Shown here piece after piece: positions 12,201 through 21,425 of a stretch of 64,000 nucleotides of DNA. Under the pieces are notes generated by a model that saw only the letters and a list, made by a program, of their open reading frames with translations, searched no databases and was not told the DNA's origin. Position 1 is the stretch's first letter, and each line of letters begins with the position of its first letter. The translations under genes were made by a program, and so were the position numbers. Source of the DNA: Mayamaea pseudoterrestris (taxonomy: Eukaryota); NCBI GenBank assembly GCA_027923505.1, contig BROI01000015.1:682001-746000 (forward strand), given 5' to 3'.

Positions 12201-13561
12201 CAGGCAACCGTCAACAAGAAATCTTCCATTAACTCAATCCGGACAAGGTCCGCAGCATTCTCCGCTGGCAACATGCGCAAATGAATCTGACATAGCTGTT
12301 GCCAAAAGAACGCAACACTTGACATTTCTTCGTCCTCGTTGAGATCGAGGAAAAAATCGAGAATACATGTCAACACTTCCGTGTTTTGGCTCTCGCGGTC
12401 TCGCGGAATAGCATGATCAACCAACATTTTCATGGCGGTGCCCATGTCTCCGGCCATTTTGAACGCTTCCTTCTTCAACGCAGCCATGCCACCGGACTCG
12501 TGTTGTCCGATTGCTTCGTCAATCTCCTCGTGAAAGTCTTTTGAGCCAATCTGCCCTTTTAAAATGTGCGTCGCTAACGTACTGAGAAAGGGCGATGATT
12601 TCGCCACCGCATTAAGCTCTGACGTTGGTTCGTTCAACAGATCCATCAAAGCCTTGCTTCCAGGCTCATTTTCAACCGACAGCCATGATACCTCCGGCGG
12701 TGATGGAGTGCCTCTACTGCTGCTCTCATTGTCGCTAGTATTTTGCGTTTCTGCAATGTGATCCCATGAGCCAGTGGACGATGAATGTTGCTCATCAGTT
12801 GCTTCGTGTAAATGTTCATTCTCCGCAACCAATTGAAGCGATACCGGCGCGGACTCTCTGACTTGACGACAAATCTGTTTAGCTTGCAGCAATGCCTTCC
12901 TCTCTTGTTGAGTGCTAGCGAGGCAATCTCTGACAAACTCAATATGGTCAAGCAAGCCTTGGGCAGTAAAACAATCAACGCATATTTCTACCCGCGCTTC
13001 CTTTCCATACTGCTGCAAAGGACAAGCCGGTCCCAAAAGCGTCTTGTCTCCACCTTCGACAGCTCCGCAGGAGAAGCAATGTCTCGGATTCAGCCTGGTG
13101 CGCTTCAACGTGTACTTTTGAGGTTGGGGACGAGGCAGTGTCGGCAGAATGGGTTCCTCCAAGGCCAGCTCCAAACCAGTGCGAAAAGCGTTCAACCAAA
13201 CATCTCGACATGACTTGGACGGCGCTTGGCAGTAAACATGCGTTCCTTGATCCGTCACGAGGCGAAACGAAGACGCCTGCGTGCCATCCGATGCCGGGTT
13301 CCAAGCCGAGACACCGACAATCTGCAGCGATGTGATCATCGCATCGCCTTTACTATACGCATTGTTACTTTCGTAACATCTCAAGTGTACACCGGTCAGG
13401 ATGCAGTAGTCGCATGTCGTCTTGTCGCTTGCTGATGCCGTAAGGAAGGATCGAGGCGTTGGCTTTCCTTTGAGTTGTTTCTGAAGCCATAACGTTCCGC
13501 GACAAACGCCGTGGCTTCGCTCGGCTAGACTATATGACGTTGACAGCGTTACAACGTTCAT
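9290..13561 (-). CDS. Phosphatidylinositol 4-kinase (type III beta-like) with an N-terminal PH domain; probable in-frame intron 11179-11256
   Basis: Kinase motifs VFRSKERTP, IVKSNDDLRQE, VKDRHNGNLLL, HIDFGF and PFKLT. PH-like N-terminus ending CRDVWLNAF. Confidence 0.92.
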   Translation of the reverse strand: MNVVTLSTSYSLAERSHGVCRGTLWLQKQLKGKPTPRSFLTASASDKTTCDYCILTGVHLRCYESNNAYSKGDAMITSLQIVGVSAWNPASDGTQASSFRLVTDQGTHVYCQAPSKSCRDVWLNAFRTGLELALEEPILPTLPRPQPQKYTLKRTRLNPRHCFSCGAVEGGDKTLLGPACPLQQYGKEARVEICVDCFTAQGLLDHIEFVRDCLASTQQERKALLQAKQICRQVRESAPVSLQLVAENEHLHEATDEQHSSSTGSWDHIAETQNTSDNESSSRGTPSPPEVSWLSVENEPGSKALMDLLNEPTSELNAVAKSSPFLSTLATHILKGQIGSKDFHEEIDEAIGQHESGGMAALKKEAFKMAGDMGTAMKMLVDHAIPRDRESQNTEVLTCILDFFLDLNEDEEMSSVAFFWQQLCQIHLRMLPAENAADLVRIELMEDFLLTVACKYSVHLALELTWSHTADLEDSLSTNTSTLPSSTYKRRRFAIMRFLCELESLLFDAVDRFGSGTVALGKMFAPTVDQMERMRKAMFQIQDTRERSGCRLARSYRHEKLSNLSHDMPAELAVQEKLRIARNADYYSSHLNFTKRICDIADRLRHMEVEERSAALAEELHLLNSSGAMGGDPLNAAQKDLCRVVRVPSTEGHVFRSKERTPVLLLMEIVSDNLDEAVEDQDEMNSTPSDEALAMQQPDDESAGLVVTDAKHGEELADLEENDKVETSIGCVVASSIEAFMEFKPTVPACDVLQGSFQHSDPTPRSPKGEFNRHVAKYSRSLLLLTLFRYVVCKAAALLRFDGNDRGGAPPTPKKDVEELLTTVMAQHMRASSLDLPELPLPPAPPKDEESIAMERATIFRGVKEAVVDVAESEQPVARIVCEKLQAKRSFARTRSNDGSHALAPTGDIRREVLNAIMIRGMEGNTIAAGTADSVTRSLQELERRQAMELLVGDIEKDDGSESNDVEGTREKLVSMGITATMPANEVKVRRSEEDEVMESIRLLLIQHRVAQGKLSPADAAKVLQHTSISRTLSDSRISERAARGLPLDRSDCPTVEAGDIDRRLVGCGPLPPAVLQALTLWKGEMVSSAELLELVKKDILFVKHSVLYDAENAEKLVEDSDFWGRFAFGERWAEKKARLAAVSPVGMIPGWDLQGVIVKSNDDLRQEQFIMQLIELSQEALELAGLELWISPYRILATGRSTGVVEMVRNAMSFDALKKRPGYGKGGLREHLCRMCEFTADPIEALKAAQLNFVRSLAAYSLISYLFLVKDRHNGNLLLDTAGHVIHIDFGFVFGKAPGGSFSLEMYSPFKLTEEMLDVMGGLKSPLFSEFVTLFCCGFLALQSYAETFLTIVEIMCSGSTFKCFEGRAPDEIVDSLRERFCLDKSKEETVAFALDLISQAATSYGTRQYDLFQYMSQGIAA

Positions 13562-14196
13562 TAGCAGCGTTTCCTTTACAAGACTTGCAATGGGTTCAAA
13601 GCTGGATCATTAGTTTTCGTGTGGCTGCAGCGGCGAAAATCGATTCGTCATGGTCATTTTCGCTGTGACGTCTTGAAGATGATGTCTCACCATGACTGAC
13701 TGACAGTCCCGTGAACTGTTACTCACGATTGCCAATCCGATTTCACGAATGCAACGCACGAAAGAAATGATGTCAGCGGCGGAAATGAAGCTTCACGGAA
13801 GAGTGAATTGCCTTTGATACTTGTTCGAGTATTGCCTTGAGTCATAGATGTGGATCCAAACGAATCTTCTTGCTCAGGTACGTCATTGCCAGCAGAACCG
13901 CGAATTCCTTTGAAGCAGATTGTTCCGAGTCTGCGGAAGCGCGGTGCAACGGTTGCCATGCAAGCTCAGTCACAATCTCAAGCAAGCTTACATTTCCATT
14001 CCAACTTCAGCAGCCAGGATCAACGAATCGTGGTGACAAAGGAAGGAACGAGCTAAAGAAGATCCGCGCAAGGAAGCTTATTCTTCTGTTGCTGTTAAGC
14101 GATAAGCGAGAAAGGGACGACTGACAACAACGAGTCATCCAGCATCCAGTCATCCAACATTCAAGTGTGGCAATACGTAAACCATCATTCAACATC

Positions 14197-14484
14197 ATGT
14201 CAAACCCCAAAGCTTCCCTTGAGAGATCGATTCAGAGACCTCCTTTGCCGCAGCTGAACATGCCTGTTTTGTTGCAGCATCTCTTGACTCCGTTGTCTGG
14301 TTCGTCGTTGGACCTCCAGTCCAGCAACAACCACTCCAGCGCCAGCTGTCAACAAACGAACTATCTGGAATGGATGGAACAAGTATTGGAAAGTGCTTTG
14401 GAGATTGCCGAGTCGACAAGGCAGGTTATGTTGGACGACGAGGAAGATGAAAACCAGCAACCAAACAGGCCATTGGACGCGTGA
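14197..14484 (+). CDS. Small hypothetical protein
   Basis: Open frame from ATG 14197 with an acidic C-terminus, followed by an AT-rich 3' region; no recognisable domain. Confidence 0.35.
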   Translation: MSNPKASLERSIQRPPLPQLNMPVLLQHLLTPLSGSSLDLQSSNNHSSASCQQTNYLEWMEQVLESALEIAESTRQVMLDDEEDENQQPNRPLDA

Positions 14485-14820
14485 CGCAAATACTTGCGTT
14501 GTCCATGCATCTGTCGTTCTCGTATGAAAACCTTTTTCACGCTGCGTTTTACTTTGGATAAATTTTTTTAATTTTGAGATTAGAGTCTTTGTTTAACACT
14601 CTGATAAGTCAACGTATTTGAGTTCCCTTGTGTCTGTAGTTCGTACAGAAACACATATTCTGCACGTATGTAAAGCATGAAGACCATGGTTCACTTGTGC
14701 CTAAAACCCACTCTTTTCTCGTAAACTGCATGTATTATCCTCGCTCGTTCGGAGTGCTGCACTGTACCACTAGAATTTGTGTCGCTAGCTCAGACAATGG
14801 TGACAAAGCGAAAGGGACTG

Positions 14821-17358
14821 CTATCTATACTGGCTTGCCAGCGCCAAAAGCTCCTCCGCTTCCATGATGCGGACGTTATGGGCTTTCGCTTCTTGAACTT
14901 TCTTAGGCCCTGCCTTTTCACCTCTCACCATTATGTCGGTCGACCTGCTAATGGAGGTAGGAGTCGAAGATGCTCCCATTGCTTTAACCAGTTTTTGCGC
15001 TTCAGATCGAGTCAAACCTGGCAGGGAGCCAGTGACAACAACACTCATGCCTTGCAAAGGACCACTGTCAGGTGAACTTATTGTCGTAGGCACACTCTTG
15101 TGTATGCGAATGCTCGCACTTAGCTTGGTTGCAGCGTCAAGTAAGGTTGGCTCACGAGCAAATTCTTCCAGCGCAGACAAGGCAGTCGGTCCAATTCCCT
15201 TGGTCATATTGTTCTCCTCTCGGAGTCTAGCAAATGTAGCGTAGTCTGATGAACCTTTCGCGGAATCAGCCGCACCTTTCAAGTCACGTATAAAATCTTC
15301 AGCGTCGCCATACACATCCGCAATCAATGACGAGACGTGAAGACCAATGCCTCGAATACCCAATGAGTAAACGAATCGATAAAGGTCAACACCGTCAAAA
15401 CTTACTTTCTTCGCTGCACTGGCTAACGCTTGTGCGGACTTTGCGCCCCAACCAGGCAGCTGTTCAACCTTTTCGAGTTTCTCCGTGTCGTCGACAAGGG
15501 TGAAGACATCGCTAGGCATTTGAAGAAGTGATTCATTCATAAGGTGTCGAATACGAGCTTCTGATAAACCTTGAATATTCAAGGCGTCTCGAGAATATGC
15601 GTGTTGGAGGGCTTGAACAGCTCGAGGCTCGCACAGCAGGGGTGGTCCGCTGCATCGCAAAGCTTGTCCGCTCGACATGGTCTCTTTGTCGAAAACCGCA
15701 ACTGTCTGGTTGTTGCTGGCGGCATCAAACACTGTCGCTGATCCACAAGCTGGACACTTTGCTGGAGGAGCCAGCGAAAGCAATTCATTCGACAACCCTT
15801 CCATTGATTCATCAGTAGGCACTCTGGAGACCACCTGCGGAATCACGTCACCCGCTCGCCTTACAAAAACCTTGGTGCCTCGCGGAACACTGTCACCGCC
15901 TCCAAGTGTCTGCCGCATGTGATGAAAATTATGTAACGTTGCTCGCTGTACAGACACTCCATTAAGTTGCACCTTGTCGAGTTGCGCCACAGGCGTCAAT
16001 ACTCCAGTCCTTCCGACTTGCACTTCGATTGATTGTAGGCTTGTAATGGCAGTTTGGGCAGGAAACTTGTGAGCAATGGCCCAGCGAGGGGCGCGGTTTG
16101 AGCTACCCAGCAAGTTTCGAAACGCCGAGCCAACGACCTTGTGTACGCAACCGTCCATGTCATAGTCATCAAACTGCATTGACGACTGTCCGCCAGAGCG
16201 ATGCACGTCCAGGGCGCTGTAGTAGTCTAATAAATCACTTAGCGCTGCCGCGTCCCAAGGCTGGTCTGGGTTCACTTCTAGTATAGTTTCCGTCACTGGT
16301 TGCGGTATGTCAAAACCAATCGACTGTAAAAGTGTTGGCACCGAAAGCAAGTTGTGTGTGTCCTTTAGCTCCGTAACTATGTCGTAGGCAACAAACCGCA
16401 GGAGTGATCGTAGATTGCCGCTTTCTTCATCGTCTTCCTTTCTTAACAAGATTCCTGAAGCTGCATTTCTGGCATTTGCAAACGTTAAATTTGTTTCGCG
16501 TGTCGCCAAGGACGCAAAAGCTGCGTTTGGCAAGATTACTTCGCCTCGCACTTCCAGTTTCGCGGCAGGTAGATTTGACGCCTTTAGCGAAAGTGGTAAG
16601 CTTGTTATTCTCTTCATTGCAGCAGTCACATCTTGCCCGTGTGTTCCGTCGCCTCGAGTGGCAGCCCATTGTAAGGTGTATGTGTCGTCACCTTCGCTTC
16701 GTTCGTAGCGCAGCGAACAAGAAAGGCCATCCAGTTTGGGTTCCGTTAATATTGATACAGTAGTTTGTTGAAGCGACTTTTTCCGTATTCTTTCCAGCCA
16801 TGCTAGAAGCTGCTTAGTGTCGTGTACGTTATCCAGTGATAGCATTTTTCGCAAATGCTTTCGCTTGATAAAGCGTGGCGTTGGTATCGCGATGGAATCA
16901 ATGTTTTCGTCTGCCACAGCGCTTCCCACTCTGCCTCCAAACCTCGTTGCTGTGATGCCTAAACCACTTTCGTTTTGAAGGCGTTCCAATAGTTGAGGAT
17001 TTTGTATACAAATTTGTGCTTCTCGTAGCGTCATTGCATCGTAGGACGCATCGTCCAGTTCAGGGGTTCCTTCATTGTAGTACAGAGCGTCGTGTCGCTT
17101 GATCTCGCTACTGATCCATTGAAGTTCCTTGTATGTATCTTCTTCTATATCAATTATGCTGCTGACGGAACTAAAACGCGCCTTTAAGTATGGCGTCTTT
17201 GCAGTCACAAACTGCGGTCGTGGCGTTTGTCGAGGGACGTTTCGCTGCACCACTCGATTCGCAAGTATCCATGCCAATGATCGCCCTTGAATCGCAGTCA
17301 ATTTCAAAATCATAATAAGATGGTTGCGATTGTATGATCTGTTCGCGGAGCAAGGCAT
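14821..17358 (-). CDS. ligA: NAD+-dependent DNA ligase (bacterial LigA type) with an N-terminal extension, probably organelle-targeted
   Basis: Domain Ia (HDALYY...DDASYD), MLSLDN, KxDG motif (EPKLDGLS), ATRGDG, EVRGEV, FANARNAASG, PRWAIAHKF, VQVGRTG, RRAGDVIP, Zn finger (CPAC...C...C), HhH, and C-terminal BRCT. Intronless. Confidence 0.95.
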   Translation of the reverse strand: MPCSANRSYNRNHLIMILKLTAIQGRSLAWILANRVVQRNVPRQTPRPQFVTAKTPYLKARFSSVSSIIDIEEDTYKELQWISSEIKRHDALYYNEGTPELDDASYDAMTLREAQICIQNPQLLERLQNESGLGITATRFGGRVGSAVADENIDSIAIPTPRFIKRKHLRKMLSLDNVHDTKQLLAWLERIRKKSLQQTTVSILTEPKLDGLSCSLRYERSEGDDTYTLQWAATRGDGTHGQDVTAAMKRITSLPLSLKASNLPAAKLEVRGEVILPNAAFASLATRETNLTFANARNAASGILLRKEDDEESGNLRSLLRFVAYDIVTELKDTHNLLSVPTLLQSIGFDIPQPVTETILEVNPDQPWDAAALSDLLDYYSALDVHRSGGQSSMQFDDYDMDGCVHKVVGSAFRNLLGSSNRAPRWAIAHKFPAQTAITSLQSIEVQVGRTGVLTPVAQLDKVQLNGVSVQRATLHNFHHMRQTLGGGDSVPRGTKVFVRRAGDVIPQVVSRVPTDESMEGLSNELLSLAPPAKCPACGSATVFDAASNNQTVAVFDKETMSSGQALRCSGPPLLCEPRAVQALQHAYSRDALNIQGLSEARIRHLMNESLLQMPSDVFTLVDDTEKLEKVEQLPGWGAKSAQALASAAKKVSFDGVDLYRFVYSLGIRGIGLHVSSLIADVYGDAEDFIRDLKGAADSAKGSSDYATFARLREENNMTKGIGPTALSALEEFAREPTLLDAATKLSASIRIHKSVPTTISSPDSGPLQGMSVVVTGSLPGLTRSEAQKLVKAMGASSTPTSISRSTDIMVRGEKAGPKKVQEAKAHNVRIMEAEELLALASQYR

Positions 17359-17592
17359 GGCGGCATGCAGCAGCCGTCCATCGCCATGGTGATTTTGCGG
17401 TGGGTTTTGATGCCGCGAATCGAGCTTGTCGTACCGTCATAGACAATTGCCTTTCGTGATGCGACATCGGAGAAACCGAAACAATCGGACGCCCATCGCG
17501 TGGCGAGACTTCATTTACTCGTCTCCCACGACGACAAGACTTACAAACTGAAGCACCGGGAACAGATATTACAAACGACAGTTGAAAAAAAT

Positions 17593-19527
17593 ATGAAGCG
17601 GCTACGTCGCCTGTCGCTGTCCATGACAATGAGGCGAAAAATGGCGCAGCAGGAAGATCATGATCATCGTGACAAGCTGCAGCACGAGCACGCAGCAGGA
17701 CCAGAATTTCTTGACGCCTGTGCATCAGAAATGATGCCGTCGACTCAGATATACAGCACTAGCGACGAAGTGATTGAGCAAGCCAAGCGTCCCATTATAT
17801 TGCGAAATTCATCGATGACAGACAGCGCCCATTCGTGCGGCGACACGACAACCGAAGGAACAAACACTACGAGATCGCATAGTGACGATGACGACGACAG
17901 CGATCAAGACGATAATGCGAGCGAGAAGGCTATGAAGCCAAAGAGCGAACTGTCGCTAATCGAGTCCATTCAGCAACTGGATGCCTTGCTTTCGAGCAAG
18001 TCGAGCCAAAAGTCACGCCAAAACAAAGACGTAAAGCAAGCAGACGACTCGAGGAGGAATGATGACGATGTAACCTTTTATACACAATTGACGAGACGAG
18101 CGAAAAGTAGTGGCGAAAAGATGGCTTTCGATGAGGAACCAAATCATGCTGCATCAAGAATGCAACGCATGACGCGACGCATGTCCGGTGGCGGACGTAT
18201 GCTTCGACGAATGTCTGGTAGCGAAAGTGTTTCGAAAAGCAAGCCTCAAAATGAAAGCACAAATGCGGCAATCACAGAAACTTGCTATGCTGCTGATGCC
18301 TCTACTACAAAGAGTAGGATCTCGCCGGCACGCATTTTATACAAGACGATGCGACAAAAGTCGTTTCGTGCGTTGCGCCGACGCTCAGTTAGTCGGCAGC
18401 CCCCCACAACGCAAGCTGGCAGTAAGGTCGATCTCAATGTGGTAGCAGATGTCAATCTACTGGCTGAACATGGCACGGAGGAGATACCGGCGCATGGCGA
18501 ATTCACGTGCAGTGATATTGAATTCGTTCAGTCGGAGCATGATGACTCATCCCATCCGTTTCCTAAAGGGTCTCAATCACATGATCAAGCATCAACTACG
18601 GACCAAGCAAGCTTGTTAGCTGATCAGAACAAACAGGCGAGTGATACAGATGATCTGCTTAGTAGCAGTCACGATTCTGAAAGCCATTCGGACGCCCAGT
18701 CGGATGAGGGTCATTACAACAGTGACGATGACGTTTATAATACGCGAAGGCAAGCTACATCGCCAAAACAAAAGCTAAAACCAAAGTTAGCAGCAGCGTA
18801 TGAACGCTTATCTTTGATGAACGTTCTACCAAGGCCAGGCTCTCCGGTGGGTCGTACTCGAAGCGTCTCAAGTTTACCGACTCCTCGAAATGAGCTCGAG
18901 GTTGATGACGAGTCTGACTATGATAACGACACCATTTCAACCGTTTCAGAAGCATCCGACACTTCCAAATATATTATCGAGTTTGATGATTTAGAGGCAA
19001 TCAACAATCAGCAATCAGTCTCTTTGTTTCATAATGGGACGCCGACGAGTACTTCCAGGCGACAGCGTAGAACGAGTCGACCACCGCTACACTTGAACAA
19101 CTCGTTCTGTACTGATGTATCATCCGAAGTTGATGATTCTTTGATTGATTCAGTCGTCGGCAGACACCAGAGCACTGGAGTTCAGGCTAGGCGAGTAACG
19201 GCTAGACGATCATCCATAGGAACAGCAACGAGTATTTCGTCGGAACTTGATGATTCTATTGTCGACTCGCTCGCGGATCACCAACCTCCACCACGAAGGG
19301 TTCGTCGTCCCTCAGCAGCACCTGCAAAATGTGCGACTGGATGGGAGCCAACATTTGTGTCACCAATCAAAGAGAATCGCCGACGTCGATTGTCGCTAAA
19401 CAACATCCCAAACGCCTTGAACGATGGAAGCCGAGGATTGCCGAAATTTGATTCACATGGGCTAATGCTGAGTGAGCAAAGCGAGGACACTTTCACGGTT
19501 GAACAAGATGATTCATCTGAGGCATGA
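17593..19527 (+). CDS. Ser/Asp/Arg-rich low-complexity hypothetical protein
   Basis: Long uninterrupted ORF (first ATG 17593) with many RRxS motifs; no domain recognised. Confidence 0.6.
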   Translation: MKRLRRLSLSMTMRRKMAQQEDHDHRDKLQHEHAAGPEFLDACASEMMPSTQIYSTSDEVIEQAKRPIILRNSSMTDSAHSCGDTTTEGTNTTRSHSDDDDDSDQDDNASEKAMKPKSELSLIESIQQLDALLSSKSSQKSRQNKDVKQADDSRRNDDDVTFYTQLTRRAKSSGEKMAFDEEPNHAASRMQRMTRRMSGGGRMLRRMSGSESVSKSKPQNESTNAAITETCYAADASTTKSRISPARILYKTMRQKSFRALRRRSVSRQPPTTQAGSKVDLNVVADVNLLAEHGTEEIPAHGEFTCSDIEFVQSEHDDSSHPFPKGSQSHDQASTTDQASLLADQNKQASDTDDLLSSSHDSESHSDAQSDEGHYNSDDDVYNTRRQATSPKQKLKPKLAAAYERLSLMNVLPRPGSPVGRTRSVSSLPTPRNELEVDDESDYDNDTISTVSEASDTSKYIIEFDDLEAINNQQSVSLFHNGTPTSTSRRQRRTSRPPLHLNNSFCTDVSSEVDDSLIDSVVGRHQSTGVQARRVTARRSSIGTATSISSELDDSIVDSLADHQPPPRRVRRPSAAPAKCATGWEPTFVSPIKENRRRRLSLNNIPNALNDGSRGLPKFDSHGLMLSEQSEDTFTVEQDDSSEA

Positions 19528-19836
19528 GCTGCTGCTGTGGTGAATATTGGAGTTTTAGACATGCGAGCGAACAATGCATACGTTACGACTCATCTTTCCT
19601 CGCAAGCTGCATCTTTTGTCTGTTTTCCATTGTTTGATGTTCTTGATTATATAGATATCATTTGAAAAAGCTACAAATCTGTGTTTCAGTCCTAGAAGGT
19701 ATTGGCAGACTTTTTGCACAAGTAAGTTTGGCAAAAGCGACAGCGGTTTATTATTATTACAGCAAGGCATACCGTTATGATCATTACCACATTCGTGTAA
19801 TGGTACATATAATTATAACACGACTACAGTATTCAT

Positions 19837-21024
19837 CTAATATACCTCAACGTGCCACTGATGGTTCGCCTTGAGCTCCTTCATCCTGGCCGACCAGTCA
19901 ATTCCTCGCTCCACCGCTACTTGCTCCAATGCTTCCAGAATACCCGGCATCATTCCCTTTAAACCACAAAAGTAAATGATTGCTCCAGCATCAAGGCGAT
20001 GCAGCAATTCATCTGCTCGCTGCGCCAGCACATCCTGCACATAGAGCTTGCCGCCATATTCTTTGTGCATTTCTCGACTAATCGCATACGTCACTTCAAG
20101 TCTGCCATGCGCATTCTCCTGCATGACTTTCAACTCATCCGAATATAAGAGCCCCGCCGTGACGGGTACTCCCAAGACCAACCAGGCCTTGGCGGAAAAC
20201 ATGTGGCGAGCCACTGTATTCTCCATGAATAGCCGATGCAAAAACGCTCGAAACGGAGCAATTCCAGTTCCAGTCGCCACCATGATAATATCCTTGGTCG
20301 AGTCTTCTGGAAGTAGCATAGTCTTGCCAACAGGACCAGCCACTTTGACTTGATCGCCTGGGTGAAGATCACACAAAAAGTTGCTGCAGACACCGGCTCG
20401 ATCCGGATCCGCCAAGCCAGTGACTGGATCAAAGTACTCGGCCCGACGAACGCACAAGCTCACCGTGGTTCCATCCAGCAAATCACCGTAGCGAGTCGAG
20501 GCAATCGAGTAGAGGCGCGGCTTGTGCGGCTTGCCGTCCATTGTCTTTCCAGGTGGAATGACACTCAACGATTGACCTTCAACGTAGTGCATGCCTTCTG
20601 GTAGCTGCAGTACGACATGCTGTATATCACCAGGCGCTTCATTTTCAATGAGCTTGACGCGCCCCAAAACAGTCGCTGTGACTGGCTGCGTCGGTTTGGC
20701 AAAGTTGGTTGGCACTCCAATGTCTTCGAGCCAGTGCTGGGCATCCTGCAGTTCAACTTTATCGGGAATGGAGACCGTTGCTTGCGCGGGTAAGTAGTTG
20801 CGTCCCTGCTGGATTCTGACAAAGGTATCGCCAACCTTGCCTTCTACGGATGGATCGAAAAAGAGTGATCCGCTATCAACGACTGGAATGCCGCCTCCGG
20901 CCTTTTTGATGCGAGAAGCTTCGACGGCAAGTAGAGCGGAGGAGGATGAGTGGAATCCTTGTCGCGGCTGGACAACAAAGGCGCTTGTCGCAGTGCAGAG
21001 AATGAAAAAGAGCGACATCCTCAT
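19837..21024 (-). CDS. petH: Plastid-targeted ferredoxin-NADP+ reductase (FNR)
   Basis: RLYSIAS, GVCSNFLC, MVATGTGIAPFR, YFCGLKGM and C-terminal WHVEVY. Presequence MRMSLFFILCTATSA-FVV. Confidence 0.95.
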   Translation of the reverse strand: MRMSLFFILCTATSAFVVQPRQGFHSSSSALLAVEASRIKKAGGGIPVVDSGSLFFDPSVEGKVGDTFVRIQQGRNYLPAQATVSIPDKVELQDAQHWLEDIGVPTNFAKPTQPVTATVLGRVKLIENEAPGDIQHVVLQLPEGMHYVEGQSLSVIPPGKTMDGKPHKPRLYSIASTRYGDLLDGTTVSLCVRRAEYFDPVTGLADPDRAGVCSNFLCDLHPGDQVKVAGPVGKTMLLPEDSTKDIIMVATGTGIAPFRAFLHRLFMENTVARHMFSAKAWLVLGVPVTAGLLYSDELKVMQENAHGRLEVTYAISREMHKEYGGKLYVQDVLAQRADELLHRLDAGAIIYFCGLKGMMPGILEALEQVAVERGIDWSARMKELKANHQWHVEVY

Positions 21025-21183
21025 ATTCTTTACGTTTCTAATGGATTTGAGCGGTCTCTTCTATAATGATGAAGGATCGGGCAGGAGAGATCGAGCAGTC
21101 GAAAAGGATTCGGTGGATGTGTGCGTCGGCGCGGCGCACCATCTGCTTTTCATTCCCGCTACGAATGTGATAATGAATAGATG

Positions 21184-21311
21184 TACACTTTGATTCACAG
21201 TGCCAAAAACTTTGATTTTCAAAAGTACACTTTGACTCACAGTGGCAAAAACTTTGATTTTCAAAGTTATTAGACTACACTCTGATCTATAGTGCCAAAA
21301 ACTTTGATTTT
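21184..21311. repeat. Three imperfect ~41-51 bp direct repeats in the FNR/NYN divergent intergenic region
   Basis: TACACT(T/C)TGA...AGTG(C/G)CAAAAACTTTGATTTT starts at 21184, 21225 and 21276. Confidence 0.85.
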
Positions 21312-21425
21312 TGGTTCGACTCTGTGACGCACAGTGATATCTTGTCGTACCGAGACACGTTTGTGAACCAAGCTGCACATCCAAGCACCGTCCATCAACC
21401 TTGAAACTCTGCAGTCTCTTCTGCC

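Noticed and set aside
14821..17358. Bacterial contamination as the source of ligA
   Set aside because: It is embedded among intron-containing eukaryotic genes, has an N-terminal extension, and has no operon context.
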